From positions 1 to 48,512 of the forward strand of contig CALRBJ010000001.1 of the NCBI GenBank assembly GCA_943354205.1: a stretch of 48,512 bases of DNA. Reading direction: 5' to 3'. Positions 1 through 8,638 of this stretch are shown here, piece after piece. The notes below the pieces were generated by a model. The model had not been told where the DNA came from and did not search any database. It saw only the letters and a list, made by a program, of their open reading frames with translations. Within the stretch, counting starts at the first letter, position 1, and every line of letters begins with the position of its first letter. A program made the translations under genes and the position numbers. The DNA is from Candidatus Nomurabacteria bacterium (GTDB lineage Bacteria; Patescibacteriota; Minisyncoccia; Phycocordibacterales; UBA9973).

Positions 1-1011
1 ACCATTAACATTTCTCACAGCGAGTACGCCACAGACACTCGCCACTATGCACACGTCGACGCTCCAGGACACGCCGACTACATCAAAAACATGATTACCG
101 GTGCTGCTCAAATGGATGGCGCTATCCTTGTGGTGGCTGCGACTGACGGCCTTATGCCTCAAACTCGCGAGCACGTGCTCCTTGCCAAGCAAGTGGGTGT
201 GCCTCGCATCATCGTCTTCCTAAACAAGTGCGACATGGTGGACGATAAAGAACTCATCGACATGGTGGAAGATGAAATCCGTGAATTGCTTACAAAGCAA
301 GGTTATGATGGCGCAAACGCTCCAGTCATCCGTGGCTCTGGTTTGAAAGGCCTCGAAGCTACTTCTATCGATGATCCATGGGCTCAAAAGATCCTTGAAT
401 TGGTAAACGCTCTCGACACATACATCCCAGTTCCAGAACGCGACACCGCAAAGCCATTCCTCATGCCTATCGAAGACATTTTCTCTATCGAAGGACGCGG
501 AACAGTGGTGACCGGCCGTATCGAACGCGGAATCATCAAAGTCGGTGAAGATATCGAAATCATCGGTCTCAAACCTACAATGAAATCTACCGTTACTGGT
601 ATTGAAATGTTCAACAAGAACTTGAAAGAGGGTATGGCTGGCGACAACGCAGGAATTCTCCTCCGTGGTACAAAGAAAGAAGAGCTTACTCGCGGGCAAG
701 TCCTCGCAAAGCCAGGCTCTGTGACTCCTCATACCGATTTCGAATGTGAAGTCTACGTATTGAAGAAAGAAGAAGGCGGACGCCACACTCCTTTCTTTGC
801 CGGATACAAGCCTCAGTTCTACATCCGTACTACTGATGTGACCGGAGAGACTACTCTTCCAGCAGGAACCGAAATGGTCATGCCAGGAGACACTGTAAAG
901 CTCGTGGTCAAACTCGTAGCTCCAGTCGCGCTTGAAGACCAACAGCGTTTCGCTATCCGTGAAGGAGGTAAGACCGTCGGCGCAGGTGTGGTAACAAAAA
1001 TCATCGCTTAA
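1..1011 (+). CDS. tuf: Elongation factor Tu, 5'-truncated by window edge
   Basis: Frame 1 is open from base 1 ([40 protein letters not shown]...), the canonical EF-Tu G-domain G3 region, followed by domains II/III. Ends TAA at 1009-1011. Confidence 0.97.
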   Translation, partial: TINISHSEYATDTRHYAHVDAPGHADYIKNMITGAAQMDGAILVVAATDGLMPQTREHVLLAKQVGVPRIIVFLNKCDMVDDKELIDMVEDEIRELLTKQGYDGANAPVIRGSGLKGLEATSIDDPWAQKILELVNALDTYIPVPERDTAKPFLMPIEDIFSIEGRGTVVTGRIERGIIKVGEDIEIIGLKPTMKSTVTGIEMFNKNLKEGMAGDNAGILLRGTKKEELTRGQVLAKPGSVTPHTDFECEVYVLKKEEGGRHTPFFAGYKPQFYIRTTDVTGETTLPAGTEMVMPGDTVKLVVKLVAPVALEDQQRFAIREGGKTVGAGVVTKIIA

Positions 1012-1025
1012 TAAAGCTTAAACGT

Positions 1026-1060
1026 AATTACGAATTTTAAATTACGAGTTACGAATTAAA
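1026..1060 (+). repeat. 35-bp five-heptad element copy 1 (AATTACG AATTTTA AATTACG AGTTACG AATTAAA), 2 nt before the rpsJ ATG
   Basis: Read directly. Same architecture as 3032-3066 and 6515-6549. Confidence 0.8.
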
Positions 1061-1062
1061 AC

Positions 1063-1455
1063 ATGGCTAAAACCAAAAAAACAGAAGAGAAAAAGATTGT
1101 CAAAAAGAAAGCAAAAGCTGTAAAAGCTGACGCTTCTTCTACCGACGGCGCTGTCCGACTACGCATACGCGTGCGGGCATATGAGAACAAAATCTTGGAC
1201 GCTTCTGTAAAGCAAATCATCGAAACGGCGCTTCGTCACGATGCTACTGTATCGGGCCCGACTCCGCTTCCAACTGAAATCAAAAAGTATACGGTAAACC
1301 GCGCGCCGTTTATTTACAAAAATTCGCGCGAGCAGTTTGAGATCCGAACGCACAAGCGTTTGATCGATATCGAAAATCCTTCCGCAAAAACCATCGAAGC
1401 TCTGACTAACATGTCTTTGCCTTCTGGTGTGGATATCGAAGTAAAAATGATGTAA
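1063..1455 (+). CDS. rpsJ: 30S ribosomal protein S10 with Lys-rich N-terminal extension
   Basis: [15 protein letters not shown]...GPTPLPTE...[28 protein letters not shown] matches the S10 core. Position is after tuf. Confidence 0.95.
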   Translation: MAKTKKTEEKKIVKKKAKAVKADASSTDGAVRLRIRVRAYENKILDASVKQIIETALRHDATVSGPTPLPTEIKKYTVNRAPFIYKNSREQFEIRTHKRLIDIENPSAKTIEALTNMSLPSGVDIEVKMM

Positions 1456-1462
1456 TAAATAT

Positions 1463-2071
1463 ATGAAATTTATCCTTGGAACAAAACAGCATATGGTCCA
1501 GTATTTCGCAGACGACGGCAAGGCTTTTGCCGCTACCGTGGTAGAAGCTATGCCGAACACTGTCACTGAAATCCGCACCAAAGAGCGCGATGGCTATAGC
1601 GCTGTCCAAGTAGGTATTGGTGAGCAGAAAAAGGAACGCCTAAACAAATCTGTCTTGGGTCATACCAAAGATTTGGGTACCTTTAAGAAGCTCGTAGAGA
1701 TGCGGGGGGGCGATATCGGCGAGGCCAAAATCGGCGATAAAATCGATGTATCTGTATTTTCTAAGGGCGACGCAGTGCGCGTAGCCGGCATCACCAAAGG
1801 TAAAGGATTTCAAGGTGTGGTAAAACGCCACGGCTTCCACGGCGGACGCCGCTCCCACGGTCAGAAGCACTCTGAACGCGAGCCGGGTTCGATCGGTGGA
1901 GGTCTCCGCAATCGCGTGCCAAAAGGTATGCGCATGGCGGGACGCATGGGTAGCGACCGCGTAAAGGTGGGCAATCTACGAATCTTGGACATCGACACTA
2001 CCACAAATCAAATAATTATTTCTGGCGCTATTCCAGGCCGACGTGGCACAGTAGTGGAGATAACACAATAA
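1463..2071 (+). CDS. rplC: 50S ribosomal protein L3
   Basis: GITKGKGFQGVVKRHGFHGG...HG is the L3 signature. Canonical S10-operon order. Confidence 0.95.
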   Translation: MKFILGTKQHMVQYFADDGKAFAATVVEAMPNTVTEIRTKERDGYSAVQVGIGEQKKERLNKSVLGHTKDLGTFKKLVEMRGGDIGEAKIGDKIDVSVFSKGDAVRVAGITKGKGFQGVVKRHGFHGGRRSHGQKHSEREPGSIGGGLRNRVPKGMRMAGRMGSDRVKVGNLRILDIDTTTNQIIISGAIPGRRGTVVEITQ

Positions 2072-2072
2072 T

Positions 2073-2744
2073 ATGGAAGCAACAATCTACAATCAAAAAG
2101 GTACGAGCGCAGGAACTATTGCACTACCAGAAAAACTTTTCGCTGCAAAGTGGAATGCCGACTTGGTGCACCAGGTAGCCGAAGCGATGATGAGCAACTC
2201 TCGCGCCGGCACTGCACATACCAAAAACCGCGCCGAAGTGCGCGGTGGAGGCAAGAAGCCATGGAAGCAAAAGGGTACTGGCCGCGCTCGTCATGGCTCC
2301 ACTCGTTCGCCGATTTGGCGTGGTGGAGGAATCACGCACGGCCCTCGCGCGGAAAAGAACTACAAGAAATCAGTCACAAAGAAAATGAAAGCCGTTGCTT
2401 TTGCTTCCGCACTCTCTGCCAAGTACAAAGCTGGAAGAATCATTTTCGTGGATTCTCTCGTCCAAGACAAAATCAAAACTAAAACTGCTAATTCGGTCAT
2501 GACTGCGCTTGGTAAAGTAAAAGGTTTTGAATACTTGGTTAAAACTGGCAAGACAAACAAAGCTGTCGCTGTGCTTGCTATGGCTGGTCGCGATGAAAAG
2601 AGCTACAAGAGCTTCCGCAATTTGCCTCAATTAGATTTGGAAACAGTTTCAAACCTAAACGTGCTTGATATTTTGAATCGCCGATATTTAATCATCGAAA
2701 ATCCAACTGAAACTATAAAGGTATTGGAGGCTCGCCTAAAATAA
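2073..2744 (+). CDS. rplD: 50S ribosomal protein L4
   Basis: RGGGKKPWKQKGTGRARHGSTRSPIWRGGGITHGP motif. Operon position fits. Confidence 0.95.
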   Translation: MEATIYNQKGTSAGTIALPEKLFAAKWNADLVHQVAEAMMSNSRAGTAHTKNRAEVRGGGKKPWKQKGTGRARHGSTRSPIWRGGGITHGPRAEKNYKKSVTKKMKAVAFASALSAKYKAGRIIFVDSLVQDKIKTKTANSVMTALGKVKGFEYLVKTGKTNKAVAVLAMAGRDEKSYKSFRNLPQLDLETVSNLNVLDILNRRYLIIENPTETIKVLEARLK

Positions 2745-2748
2745 TTTT

Positions 2749-3033
2749 ATGGAAACTAAAAAGACTACAACAATACAGAGCCCAAAGATCACCGAAAAAG
2801 CAGCCGCTTTGGCTGAAAAGGGGATATACGTTTTCAATGTCGCCCCTTCTGCTACGAAATCTGAAATCATAAAAGATATCAAAACTGCTTACAAGGTGAC
2901 TCCGCTGAAAGTGAATGTGATTACTTTGAAGCAAAAGAAAGTGGTTGTACGTGGCAAGATCGGCCACCAAGCCGGCGGCAAAAAGGCTATGGTCTTTTTG
3001 AAAAAGGGCGACAAGATAGATATCGCAATATAA
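2749..3033 (+). CDS. rplW: 50S ribosomal protein L23
   Basis: Size, position between L4 and L2, and YVFNVAPSATKSEIKDIK...V..V L23-like pattern. Confidence 0.9.
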   Translation: METKKTTTIQSPKITEKAAALAEKGIYVFNVAPSATKSEIIKDIKTAYKVTPLKVNVITLKQKKVVVRGKIGHQAGGKKAMVFLKKGDKIDIAI

Positions 3034-3066
3034 TTACGAATTTTCAATTACGAATTACGAATTAAA
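3032..3066 (+). repeat. 35-bp five-heptad element copy 2 (AATTACG AATTTTC AATTACG AATTACG AATTAAA), 2 nt before the rplB ATG
   Basis: Read directly. Overlaps the rplW stop codon by 2 nt. Confidence 0.8.
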
Positions 3067-3068
3067 TC

Positions 3069-3917
3069 ATGAAAAAATATAAACCAACAAGTCCAGGGCA
3101 AAGAGGAATGACACGAGTTACTTATCGTGGAGTGCTTTCTGGCGCGAAAAAAGAAAAGTCTCTCACTCATGGCTTCACTCGCGCTTTTGGACGCAACAAC
3201 ATGGGCCGCATCACTGGTCCTCGCAAGGGTGGCGGACACAAGCGCCTTTTCCGCGAAGTGGACTTTTTGTATGACAAGGAAAATATTCCAGCAAAAATCA
3301 CTTCTATCGAGTACGATCCAAACCGCTCTGCCTTTATCGGCCTCGCTGTCTACGCTGATGGTGAAAAGCGCTATGTCATCGTGCCAAAGTCTATGAAAGT
3401 TGGCGATAAATTCATGGTTGGACCTACTGCACCGATTGAAATCGGCAACCGCCTTCCGCTCAACAAAATCCCAGTCGGTACATTTGTATACAATATTGAG
3501 TTGAAACCAAAAGGAGGTGCAAAGGTTGGACGCTCGGCTGGCATCTTTGCCCAAGTAGTGGCAAACGACGAAGGTCAAAGCTCTATCAAAATGCCTTCTA
3601 CTGAAGTGCGCAAAGTTTCTGACAAATGCTATGCCTCGATCGGGGAAGTTTCTAACTCTGAACACAAACTCGAAAACTGGGGCAAGGCCGGCAAGAGTCG
3701 CTGGAAGGGTATCCGTCCTAAAGTTCGCGGAACAGCCATGAACCCGGTAGACCACCCATACGGTGGAGGAGAAGGACGCCAAGGTCGCGGAACCAAACGC
3801 CCAAAGACTCGCCACGGCAAGATCACTGGTGGACGCAAATCTCGAACTCCAAAGAAATACTCAAACGTATTCATTGTCTCCCGACGCCGAACTGGCAAGA
3901 ATCGCAAAGCGCAATAA
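3069..3917 (+). CDS. rplB: 50S ribosomal protein L2
   Basis: MKKYKPTSPGQRGM..., RGTAMNPVDHPYGGGEGR are L2 signatures. Confidence 0.97.
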   Translation: MKKYKPTSPGQRGMTRVTYRGVLSGAKKEKSLTHGFTRAFGRNNMGRITGPRKGGGHKRLFREVDFLYDKENIPAKITSIEYDPNRSAFIGLAVYADGEKRYVIVPKSMKVGDKFMVGPTAPIEIGNRLPLNKIPVGTFVYNIELKPKGGAKVGRSAGIFAQVVANDEGQSSIKMPSTEVRKVSDKCYASIGEVSNSEHKLENWGKAGKSRWKGIRPKVRGTAMNPVDHPYGGGEGRQGRGTKRPKTRHGKITGGRKSRTPKKYSNVFIVSRRRTGKNRKAQ

Positions 3918-3930
3918 AAATCTTACCTCA

Positions 3931-3970
3931 CCCCCTAACCCCCTCTCCTTCAAAAGGAGAGGGGGTTTAG
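3931..3970 (+). repeat. GC-rich hairpin element between rplB and rpsS: 12-bp stem CCCCCTCTCCTT/AAGGAGAGGGGG, then TTTAGATTT
   Basis: Stem 3939-3950 pairs with 3954-3965. Same C-arm/G-arm/GTTT(A)GATT design as the 42-bp repeat at 18692 and 35276. Possible weak terminator. Confidence 0.6.
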
Positions 3971-3972
3971 AT

Positions 3973-4000
3973 TTGACAATAAATTCAATTTTGCTAATAT
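3973..4000 (+). promoter_or_regulatory. Candidate sigma70-type promoter TTGACA-N16-TAATAT with TGn extended -10, upstream of rpsS
   Basis: TTGACA 3973-3978, TGC 3992-3994, TAATAT 3995-4000, in a 120-bp gap inside the r-protein operon. Confidence 0.45.
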
Positions 4001-4037
4001 GGTTCTACTGCTCGCAAAGAGCTATTTTAATTGACCT

Positions 4038-4388
4038 ATGACACGATCACTCAAAAAAGGCCCTTTTGTGGATGAAAGACTTCTAAAAAAGATTGAAGGC
4101 AAAAACCCTATGGCGACCGGCATGATAAAGACCTGGGCTCGCGCCAGCCAAATCTCTCCAGAAATGGTCGGCTTTACCTTTGGCGTGCACAATGGAAAGA
4201 GCCACCTCGAGGTCATCGTGACCGAAGACATGGTTGGGCACCGCTTGGGCGAATTTTCACTCACTCGCAAGTTCGTCCGCCATGGAGGAAAGATGCAAAA
4301 AGAGCTTGAAGCCAAGAAAAAGGAATCTGAAATCGCTGCCGCTCAAGCTGCCAAAGCTTCAACTGCCGACACTACCAAGAAGAAATAA
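4038..4388 (+). CDS. rpsS: 30S ribosomal protein S19 with Lys/Ala-rich C-terminal extension
   Basis: [18 protein letters not shown]...[22 protein letters not shown] is the S19 core. Confidence 0.95.
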   Translation: MTRSLKKGPFVDERLLKKIEGKNPMATGMIKTWARASQISPEMVGFTFGVHNGKSHLEVIVTEDMVGHRLGEFSLTRKFVRHGGKMQKELEAKKKESEIAAAQAAKASTADTTKKK

Positions 4389-4396
4389 TAATTTTT

Positions 4397-4768
4397 ATGA
4401 TTAAAGCTTCTCTTACAAACTACCGCCAATCTCCTCGCAAAGTCCGCCTTGTGGCTGATTTAGTGCGTGGTAAGAATGTAGAAGTTGCCATGGTAGAATT
4501 GGATTTCTTGGCCAAGCGCGCTGGTGAGCCTATAAAAAAGCTCATAAAGTCTGCTATCGCTAATGCGAAAGACGCAAAAATAGAAAATCTTTTTGTAGAA
4601 TCCATCCGTGTCGACAAAGGCATAGTGCTAAAGCGCATGATGCCTCGCGCTCGTGGCTCGGGATTCCCGATAAAGAAGCGCTCTTCTCATGTAGAAGTAG
4701 TTCTGATTGAAAAAGAGCCGAAAGCAAAATCTGCAAAAAAGAAAACAGTAAAATCCAAAACCAAGTAA
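4397..4768 (+). CDS. rplV: 50S ribosomal protein L22
   Basis: YRQSPRKVRLVADLVRGKNVEVA... and RMMPRARG...IKKRSSH are L22 pattern. Operon order fits. Confidence 0.95.
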   Translation: MIKASLTNYRQSPRKVRLVADLVRGKNVEVAMVELDFLAKRAGEPIKKLIKSAIANAKDAKIENLFVESIRVDKGIVLKRMMPRARGSGFPIKKRSSHVEVVLIEKEPKAKSAKKKTVKSKTK

Positions 4769-4772
4769 TTTT

Positions 4773-5441
4773 ATGTCTAAAATAGTCCACCCATATGCTC
4801 ATAGATTAGTCATCCTCCGCGACTGGAAAAGCCGCTGGTTTGCTGAACCGAAAAATTTTAAAGGGCTTCTTTCAGCTGATGTGGCGATCCGTCGTTTTCT
4901 CGAGAAAAAACTTCGCGGTTTCTATGTTTCATACATAGAGATAGAGCGTTCACAAAAATCTTTGCGTATTATCGTGCACACTTCTCGCCCAGGTATGATC
5001 ATCGGTCGCTCGGGTGAAGGCGCGGTAAAATTAAAAGAAGGCTTGATGAAAATGTTGGGCAAGCTCGACATAAAACCTACTGGCGAAGTAAAACTCGACA
5101 TAGTCGAAATCCCGGTTCCCGATGCCGATGCGCACATAGTGGCCTACAGTGTGGCCGAAGGTTTGGAAAAGCGTTTGCCATACCGCCGTGTCATGAAGAC
5201 CATCATTGAGAAGGTCATGTCTACCCGCGGGGTAGAAGGAGCGCGCATCGTGCTCGGTGGCCGTTTGGGCGGAGCCGAAATTTCTCGTAGTGAGGAGATA
5301 AAGCGCGGTTCTATTCCGCTTCAAACTTTCCGCGCTGATATCGACTACGCTCGTGAAAAAGCGCATATGTCTTATGGCGACCTCGGTATCAAGGTTTGGA
5401 TTTACCGCGGAGAAATTTTTAATACGAAAAAGGATAAATAA
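4773..5441 (+). CDS. rpsC: 30S ribosomal protein S3
   Basis: KH-domain region IEIERS...IIVHTSRPGMIIGRSGE and C-terminal GGRLGGAEISRSE..RGSIPLQTFRADIDY. Confidence 0.95.
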   Translation: MSKIVHPYAHRLVILRDWKSRWFAEPKNFKGLLSADVAIRRFLEKKLRGFYVSYIEIERSQKSLRIIVHTSRPGMIIGRSGEGAVKLKEGLMKMLGKLDIKPTGEVKLDIVEIPVPDADAHIVAYSVAEGLEKRLPYRRVMKTIIEKVMSTRGVEGARIVLGGRLGGAEISRSEEIKRGSIPLQTFRADIDYAREKAHMSYGDLGIKVWIYRGEIFNTKKDK

Positions 5442-5447
5442 AATTGT

Positions 5448-5879
5448 ATGTTACTCCCTAAAAAAGTAAAACACAGAAAATGGCAGAGCGCCCGCAAGAA
5501 TGCAAAACGCATCACAGCGGACACTCGTGGAATAAAGCTCTCTTTCGGCTCACACGGCCTTCGTGCTACTTCGGCCGGACGCGTGCAGTCGAAAGAAATC
5601 GAATCAGCCCGCAAGGCCATGACCCGCGCCCTCGGCAAATCCGGCAAAGTTTGGATTCGTATCTTTCCAGACCGACCGGTAACCGCAAAGCCGCCACAGG
5701 TGGGAATGGGAAAGGGTAAGGGAGATCCGCAAGGCTATTGCTTTGAAGTCTTGCCAGGGCGCATCATCTTTGAAGTAGATGGCACCACCCGCGCGATAGC
5801 GCGCGAAGGTTTGCGCAAAGCGGGCACCAAGCTCTCGGTCAAAACAAAAGTAATCGACCGCGTAGCTGTGCAAGGTTAA
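5448..5879 (+). CDS. rplP: 50S ribosomal protein L16
   Basis: [11 protein letters not shown]...[10 protein letters not shown]......[23 protein letters not shown]. Confidence 0.95.
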   Translation: MLLPKKVKHRKWQSARKNAKRITADTRGIKLSFGSHGLRATSAGRVQSKEIESARKAMTRALGKSGKVWIRIFPDRPVTAKPPQVGMGKGKGDPQGYCFEVLPGRIIFEVDGTTRAIAREGLRKAGTKLSVKTKVIDRVAVQG

Positions 5880-5887
5880 ACAAATAT

Positions 5888-6133
5888 ATGGAAAAGAAAA
5901 CAAACAAAGGAAAAATTTTGAAAGGTACCGTTGTCTCCGACAAGATGCAAAAGACGGTGGTGGTTTCGGTTACTCGCTATGAAAAGCATCCGAAATACAA
6001 AAAGTTTATGAAGATTTCCAAAAAGTTCAAGGCGCATGATGAAAACAATTCTCACAAGGTCGGCGAGATTGTAAACATTAGAGAAACCCGCCCATTGTCA
6101 AAGGACAAGCGCTTTATCGTAATAGAAGAATAA
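5888..6133 (+). CDS. rpsQ: 30S ribosomal protein S17
   Basis: [28 protein letters not shown]...KFKAHDENN...[14 protein letters not shown]. Starts only 8 nt after rplP, so there is no room for rpmC. Confidence 0.95.
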   Translation: MEKKTNKGKILKGTVVSDKMQKTVVVSVTRYEKHPKYKKFMKISKKFKAHDENNSHKVGEIVNIRETRPLSKDKRFIVIEE

Positions 6134-6140
6134 AAATTAT

Positions 6141-6512
6141 ATGGTACAAGATGGAACAGTAGTAAAGATCACAGACAACTCCGGCGGAACCGTCGGCAAG
6201 ATTTTCAAAGTGCTTGGTGGTTCCAAACGCCGTTATGCCTCGATAGGGGATCGGGTCATCCTCTCGGTGAAAGTCGCCGAGCCTCGCAAGGGTGTTAAAA
6301 AGAAGGATGTCCTCCAAGCAGTCATCGTGCGCGAGCGCTCTGCATTTCGCCGCAAGGACGGTTCATACATCCGCTTCGACGACAATGCCGTAGTGATATT
6401 GGAAAAAGACAAGCTCGAGCCTTTAGCCGGCCGTGTCTTCGGACCTATTCCGCGCGAGCTCGCTGAAATGGGCTATCAGAAAATCGTTTCTTTAGCGCCA
6501 GAAGTACTATAA
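6141..6512 (+). CDS. rplN: 50S ribosomal protein L14
   Basis: MVQDGTVVKITDNSGG...IGDRVILSVK...G.VKKKDVLQAVIVR....RRKDGSYIRFDDNA. Confidence 0.96.
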   Translation: MVQDGTVVKITDNSGGTVGKIFKVLGGSKRRYASIGDRVILSVKVAEPRKGVKKKDVLQAVIVRERSAFRRKDGSYIRFDDNAVVILEKDKLEPLAGRVFGPIPRELAEMGYQKIVSLAPEVL

Positions 6513-6514
6513 GT

Positions 6515-6549
6515 AATTACGAATTATCAATTACGAATTACGAATTAAA
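6515..6549 (+). repeat. 35-bp five-heptad element copy 3 (AATTACG AATTATC AATTACG AATTACG AATTAAA), 5 nt before the rplX ATG
   Basis: Read directly. Third copy with identical phasing (TTACGAA at +0, +14, +21). Confidence 0.8.
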
Positions 6550-6554
6550 TTTAT

Positions 6555-6785
6555 ATGATACAAAAAATTAAAATTAAAAAAGGTGATGTTGTAAAAGTAG
6601 TCACCGGCGATGACAAAGGCAAGACTGGAAAAGTTTTGAAAGTTTTACCATCTCGCAATCGCGCTGTCGTGGAGGGCTTGAACACTATGAAGAAGCACCG
6701 CCGTGCACGACGCACCAGCGAAAAAGGTGAGATTGTTTCTGTCGCTATGCCGATGCATATTTCCAATCTAAAGCTAGACAAGTAA
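6555..6785 (+). CDS. rplX: 50S ribosomal protein L24 (short, 76 aa)
   Basis: KIKKGDVVKVVTGDDKGKTGKVLKV is the KOW motif. Position is between L14 and L5. Confidence 0.92.
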   Translation: MIQKIKIKKGDVVKVVTGDDKGKTGKVLKVLPSRNRAVVEGLNTMKKHRRARRTSEKGEIVSVAMPMHISNLKLDK

Positions 6786-6795
6786 TTTAAATAAA

Positions 6796-7347
6796 ATGGA
6801 TAAAAAAATTCACACAACAAAAGAGAAAATAGAAAAGGCCTATAAAGAGATGGCTGAAAAATTCGGCTACAAGAATAAAATGGCTGCGCCAAAGCTCGTA
6901 AAGGTCACCATAAACTCTGCGACCGGTTCCGGCGTAAAGAAAGACAAGAACAAAAATGATTTCGTCATGGGCCGTTTGGCAAAAATCACTGGTCAAAAGC
7001 CTTCGGTGCGCGGCGCCAAGAAATCTATCGCATCGTTTAAGACTCGCCAGGGCGACCCTATCGGTGTATCAGTAAACCTTCGCGGCGCTCGTATGTATGG
7101 ATTTTTAGACAAACTCCTCAATATCTCTCTGCCTCGTACCAAAGACTTCCGCGGTATTGAGCGCAAGATTGTCGACGACATCGGCAACCTTACTTTGGGT
7201 ATCAAAGAGCACACCATCTTTCCAGAAACTTCCGATGAAGAATTGAAAGATGTGTTTGGCCTCTCTGTCACCATCGTCACCACTGCCAAAACCAAACCTG
7301 AAGCTCTCGCATTTTTCGAAGCCATGGGCTTTCCGTTTAAGAAATAA
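6796..7347 (+). CDS. rplE: 50S ribosomal protein L5
   Basis: PKLVKVTINSATG...SFKTRQGDPIGVSVNLRG..MY.FLDKL....LPR..DFRG is the L5 pattern. Confidence 0.95.
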   Translation: MDKKIHTTKEKIEKAYKEMAEKFGYKNKMAAPKLVKVTINSATGSGVKKDKNKNDFVMGRLAKITGQKPSVRGAKKSIASFKTRQGDPIGVSVNLRGARMYGFLDKLLNISLPRTKDFRGIERKIVDDIGNLTLGIKEHTIFPETSDEELKDVFGLSVTIVTTAKTKPEALAFFEAMGFPFKK

Positions 7348-7350
7348 AAT

Positions 7351-7379
7351 TTGACTTATAAAAGGGCTTCTGCTAATAT
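7351..7379 (+). promoter_or_regulatory. Candidate promoter TTGACT-N17-TAATAT with TGn extended -10, upstream of rpsN
   Basis: TTGACT 7351-7356, TGC 7371-7373, TAATAT 7374-7379. The TGCTAATAT string is identical to the one at 3992-4000. The -10 lies in the loop of the hairpin listed next. Confidence 0.4.
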
Positions 7380-7399
7380 AGCGGAAGCCCTTTTTATTT
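7361..7399 (+). terminator. Strong intrinsic-terminator-like hairpin between rplE and rpsN
   Basis: 11-bp stem 7363-7373 / 7381-7391 (one G-U), 7-nt loop, flanked by an A-run upstream and TTTTTATTT downstream. Confidence 0.55.
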
Positions 7400-7479
7400 G
7401 GATTTAGTCCGTGTTTCTCCTTAAGGTACATACTTTAAGAACCTACACGTGATACTAATCCAAAAGGGTCTTTATAATT

Positions 7480-7665
7480 ATGGCAAAAACATCTACATAC
7501 CAGCGCTCTCTCAAGAAGCCGAAATTTAGCACACGGGCGAAGAACCGTTGTTTTCGCTGTCACCGCGGGCATGCGTATATGCGTGATTTCGGTATTTGCC
7601 GTATTTGCTTCCGCGAGCTCGCAAACGAAGGTTTGATTCCGGGTGTTCGCAAGTCTTCTTGGTAA
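7480..7665 (+). CDS. rpsN: 30S ribosomal protein S14, zinc-binding type Z (61 aa)
   Basis: [23 protein letters not shown] has the CxxC...CxxC motif. 61 aa. Position is between L5 and S8. Confidence 0.95.
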   Translation: MAKTSTYQRSLKKPKFSTRAKNRCFRCHRGHAYMRDFGICRICFRELANEGLIPGVRKSSW

Positions 7666-7700
7666 TTATGTTTACATCTTTAAATATTTAAATTTATTCA

Positions 7701-8090
7701 ATGGATACACTTTCAAACATGCTCATAATGATAAAGAATGCCAGCCTCGCGCACCGCGACTCGGTAGTCTTTCCTCATTCCAAATTGAAGCTCGCTATCG
7801 TTGAATGCTTAGCAGCGGAAGGCTATGTCGGCGCTATCACTAAAAAGATGAAGCACGGCCGTCCATTTGTAGAAGTTGCGCTCAAATACAATGCCGACAA
7901 ATCTCCAAAGGTTTTGGAAATAAAAAGAATCTCCAAGCCTTCCTGCCGTATTTATTATGGCGCGCGCGATATTTTCCCGGTAAAGAATGGCCACGGCACT
8001 TTGGTGCTCTCTACGCCAAAGGGAGTAATGTCTGGCAACAAGGCTCGCAAAGAGCTCTGCGGCGGAGAAGCTTTATTTAAAATTTGGTAA
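7701..8090 (+). CDS. rpsH: 30S ribosomal protein S8
   Basis: DTLSNMLIMIKNA...GY....... and C-terminal GGEALFKIW are S8 pattern. Confidence 0.95.
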   Translation: MDTLSNMLIMIKNASLAHRDSVVFPHSKLKLAIVECLAAEGYVGAITKKMKHGRPFVEVALKYNADKSPKVLEIKRISKPSCRIYYGARDIFPVKNGHGTLVLSTPKGVMSGNKARKELCGGEALFKIW

Positions 8091-8100
8091 TTATATTTAT

Positions 8101-8634
8101 ATGTCCAGAATAGGAAAACAAATTATTGAAATTCCCACCGGCACTACAGTGTCTTTAAACGCTGGTGTCTTTTCTGTAAAGGGCCCAAAGGGTGAACTTT
8201 CCAAAACTTTTCGCGATGAAGTGGAAATAAAGATTGAAGGCAATCAAATCACTCTCGCGCCTCGCAAGACCGATGTTTTCGGCCGAGCACTTTGGGGCAC
8301 CTATGCTTCTCATATAAAAAATATGATTACAGGTGTAAACACTCCATATGAAAAGAAGCTCATTTTGGAAGGAGTCGGTTTCAAATCCGATGTGGCTGGC
8401 AAGTCTCTCGACCTCGCGCTCGGTTTTTCTCACAAGGTGCATGTAGAAATACCGGCTGGCCTCACAGTCACGGCCGAGAAGAACAACATCACCGTCACGG
8501 GCATAGACAAGGAAGCCGTGGGCGCATTTACCGCCAAGGTTCGCTCGCTCAAAAAGCCAGAGCCTTACAAGGGCAAGGGCTTCCGCTATCACGACGAGGT
8601 CATCCGTCGCAAGCAGGGCAAGAAAACCGCATAA
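8101..8634 (+). CDS. rplF: 50S ribosomal protein L6
   Basis: [17 protein letters not shown]...GPKGELS... and [19 protein letters not shown]. Confidence 0.95.
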   Translation: MSRIGKQIIEIPTGTTVSLNAGVFSVKGPKGELSKTFRDEVEIKIEGNQITLAPRKTDVFGRALWGTYASHIKNMITGVNTPYEKKLILEGVGFKSDVAGKSLDLALGFSHKVHVEIPAGLTVTAEKNNITVTGIDKEAVGAFTAKVRSLKKPEPYKGKGFRYHDEVIRRKQGKKTA

Positions 8635-8638
8635 AAAC

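Noticed and set aside
220-942. Long antisense ORFs in the six-frame track opposite tuf, rplB (3048-3815), rplF (8155-8742), rpsE (8978-9544), pilT (41508-42053), pilC (42539-43156) and others
   Set aside because: Each lies entirely inside a gene with an unmistakable conserved product on the other strand. The translations are low-complexity or Cys/Arg-rich with no recognisable motif. They are typical shadow ORFs.
1026-1060. The heptad repeat blocks as a CRISPR array or as microsatellite slippage products
   Set aside because: The units are 7 bp with no spacers, far too short for CRISPR. The same five-unit structure, with the same degenerate second unit position, recurs at three loci. That is not what random slippage would produce.
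2150-2482. Same-strand alternative-frame ORFs inside rplD (2150-2482), rplB (3127-3396), rplP (5480-5719), pilD (45448-45972)
   Set aside because: They are out of frame with clearly identified genes and Arg/Ser-rich. There is no start context or independent signal.
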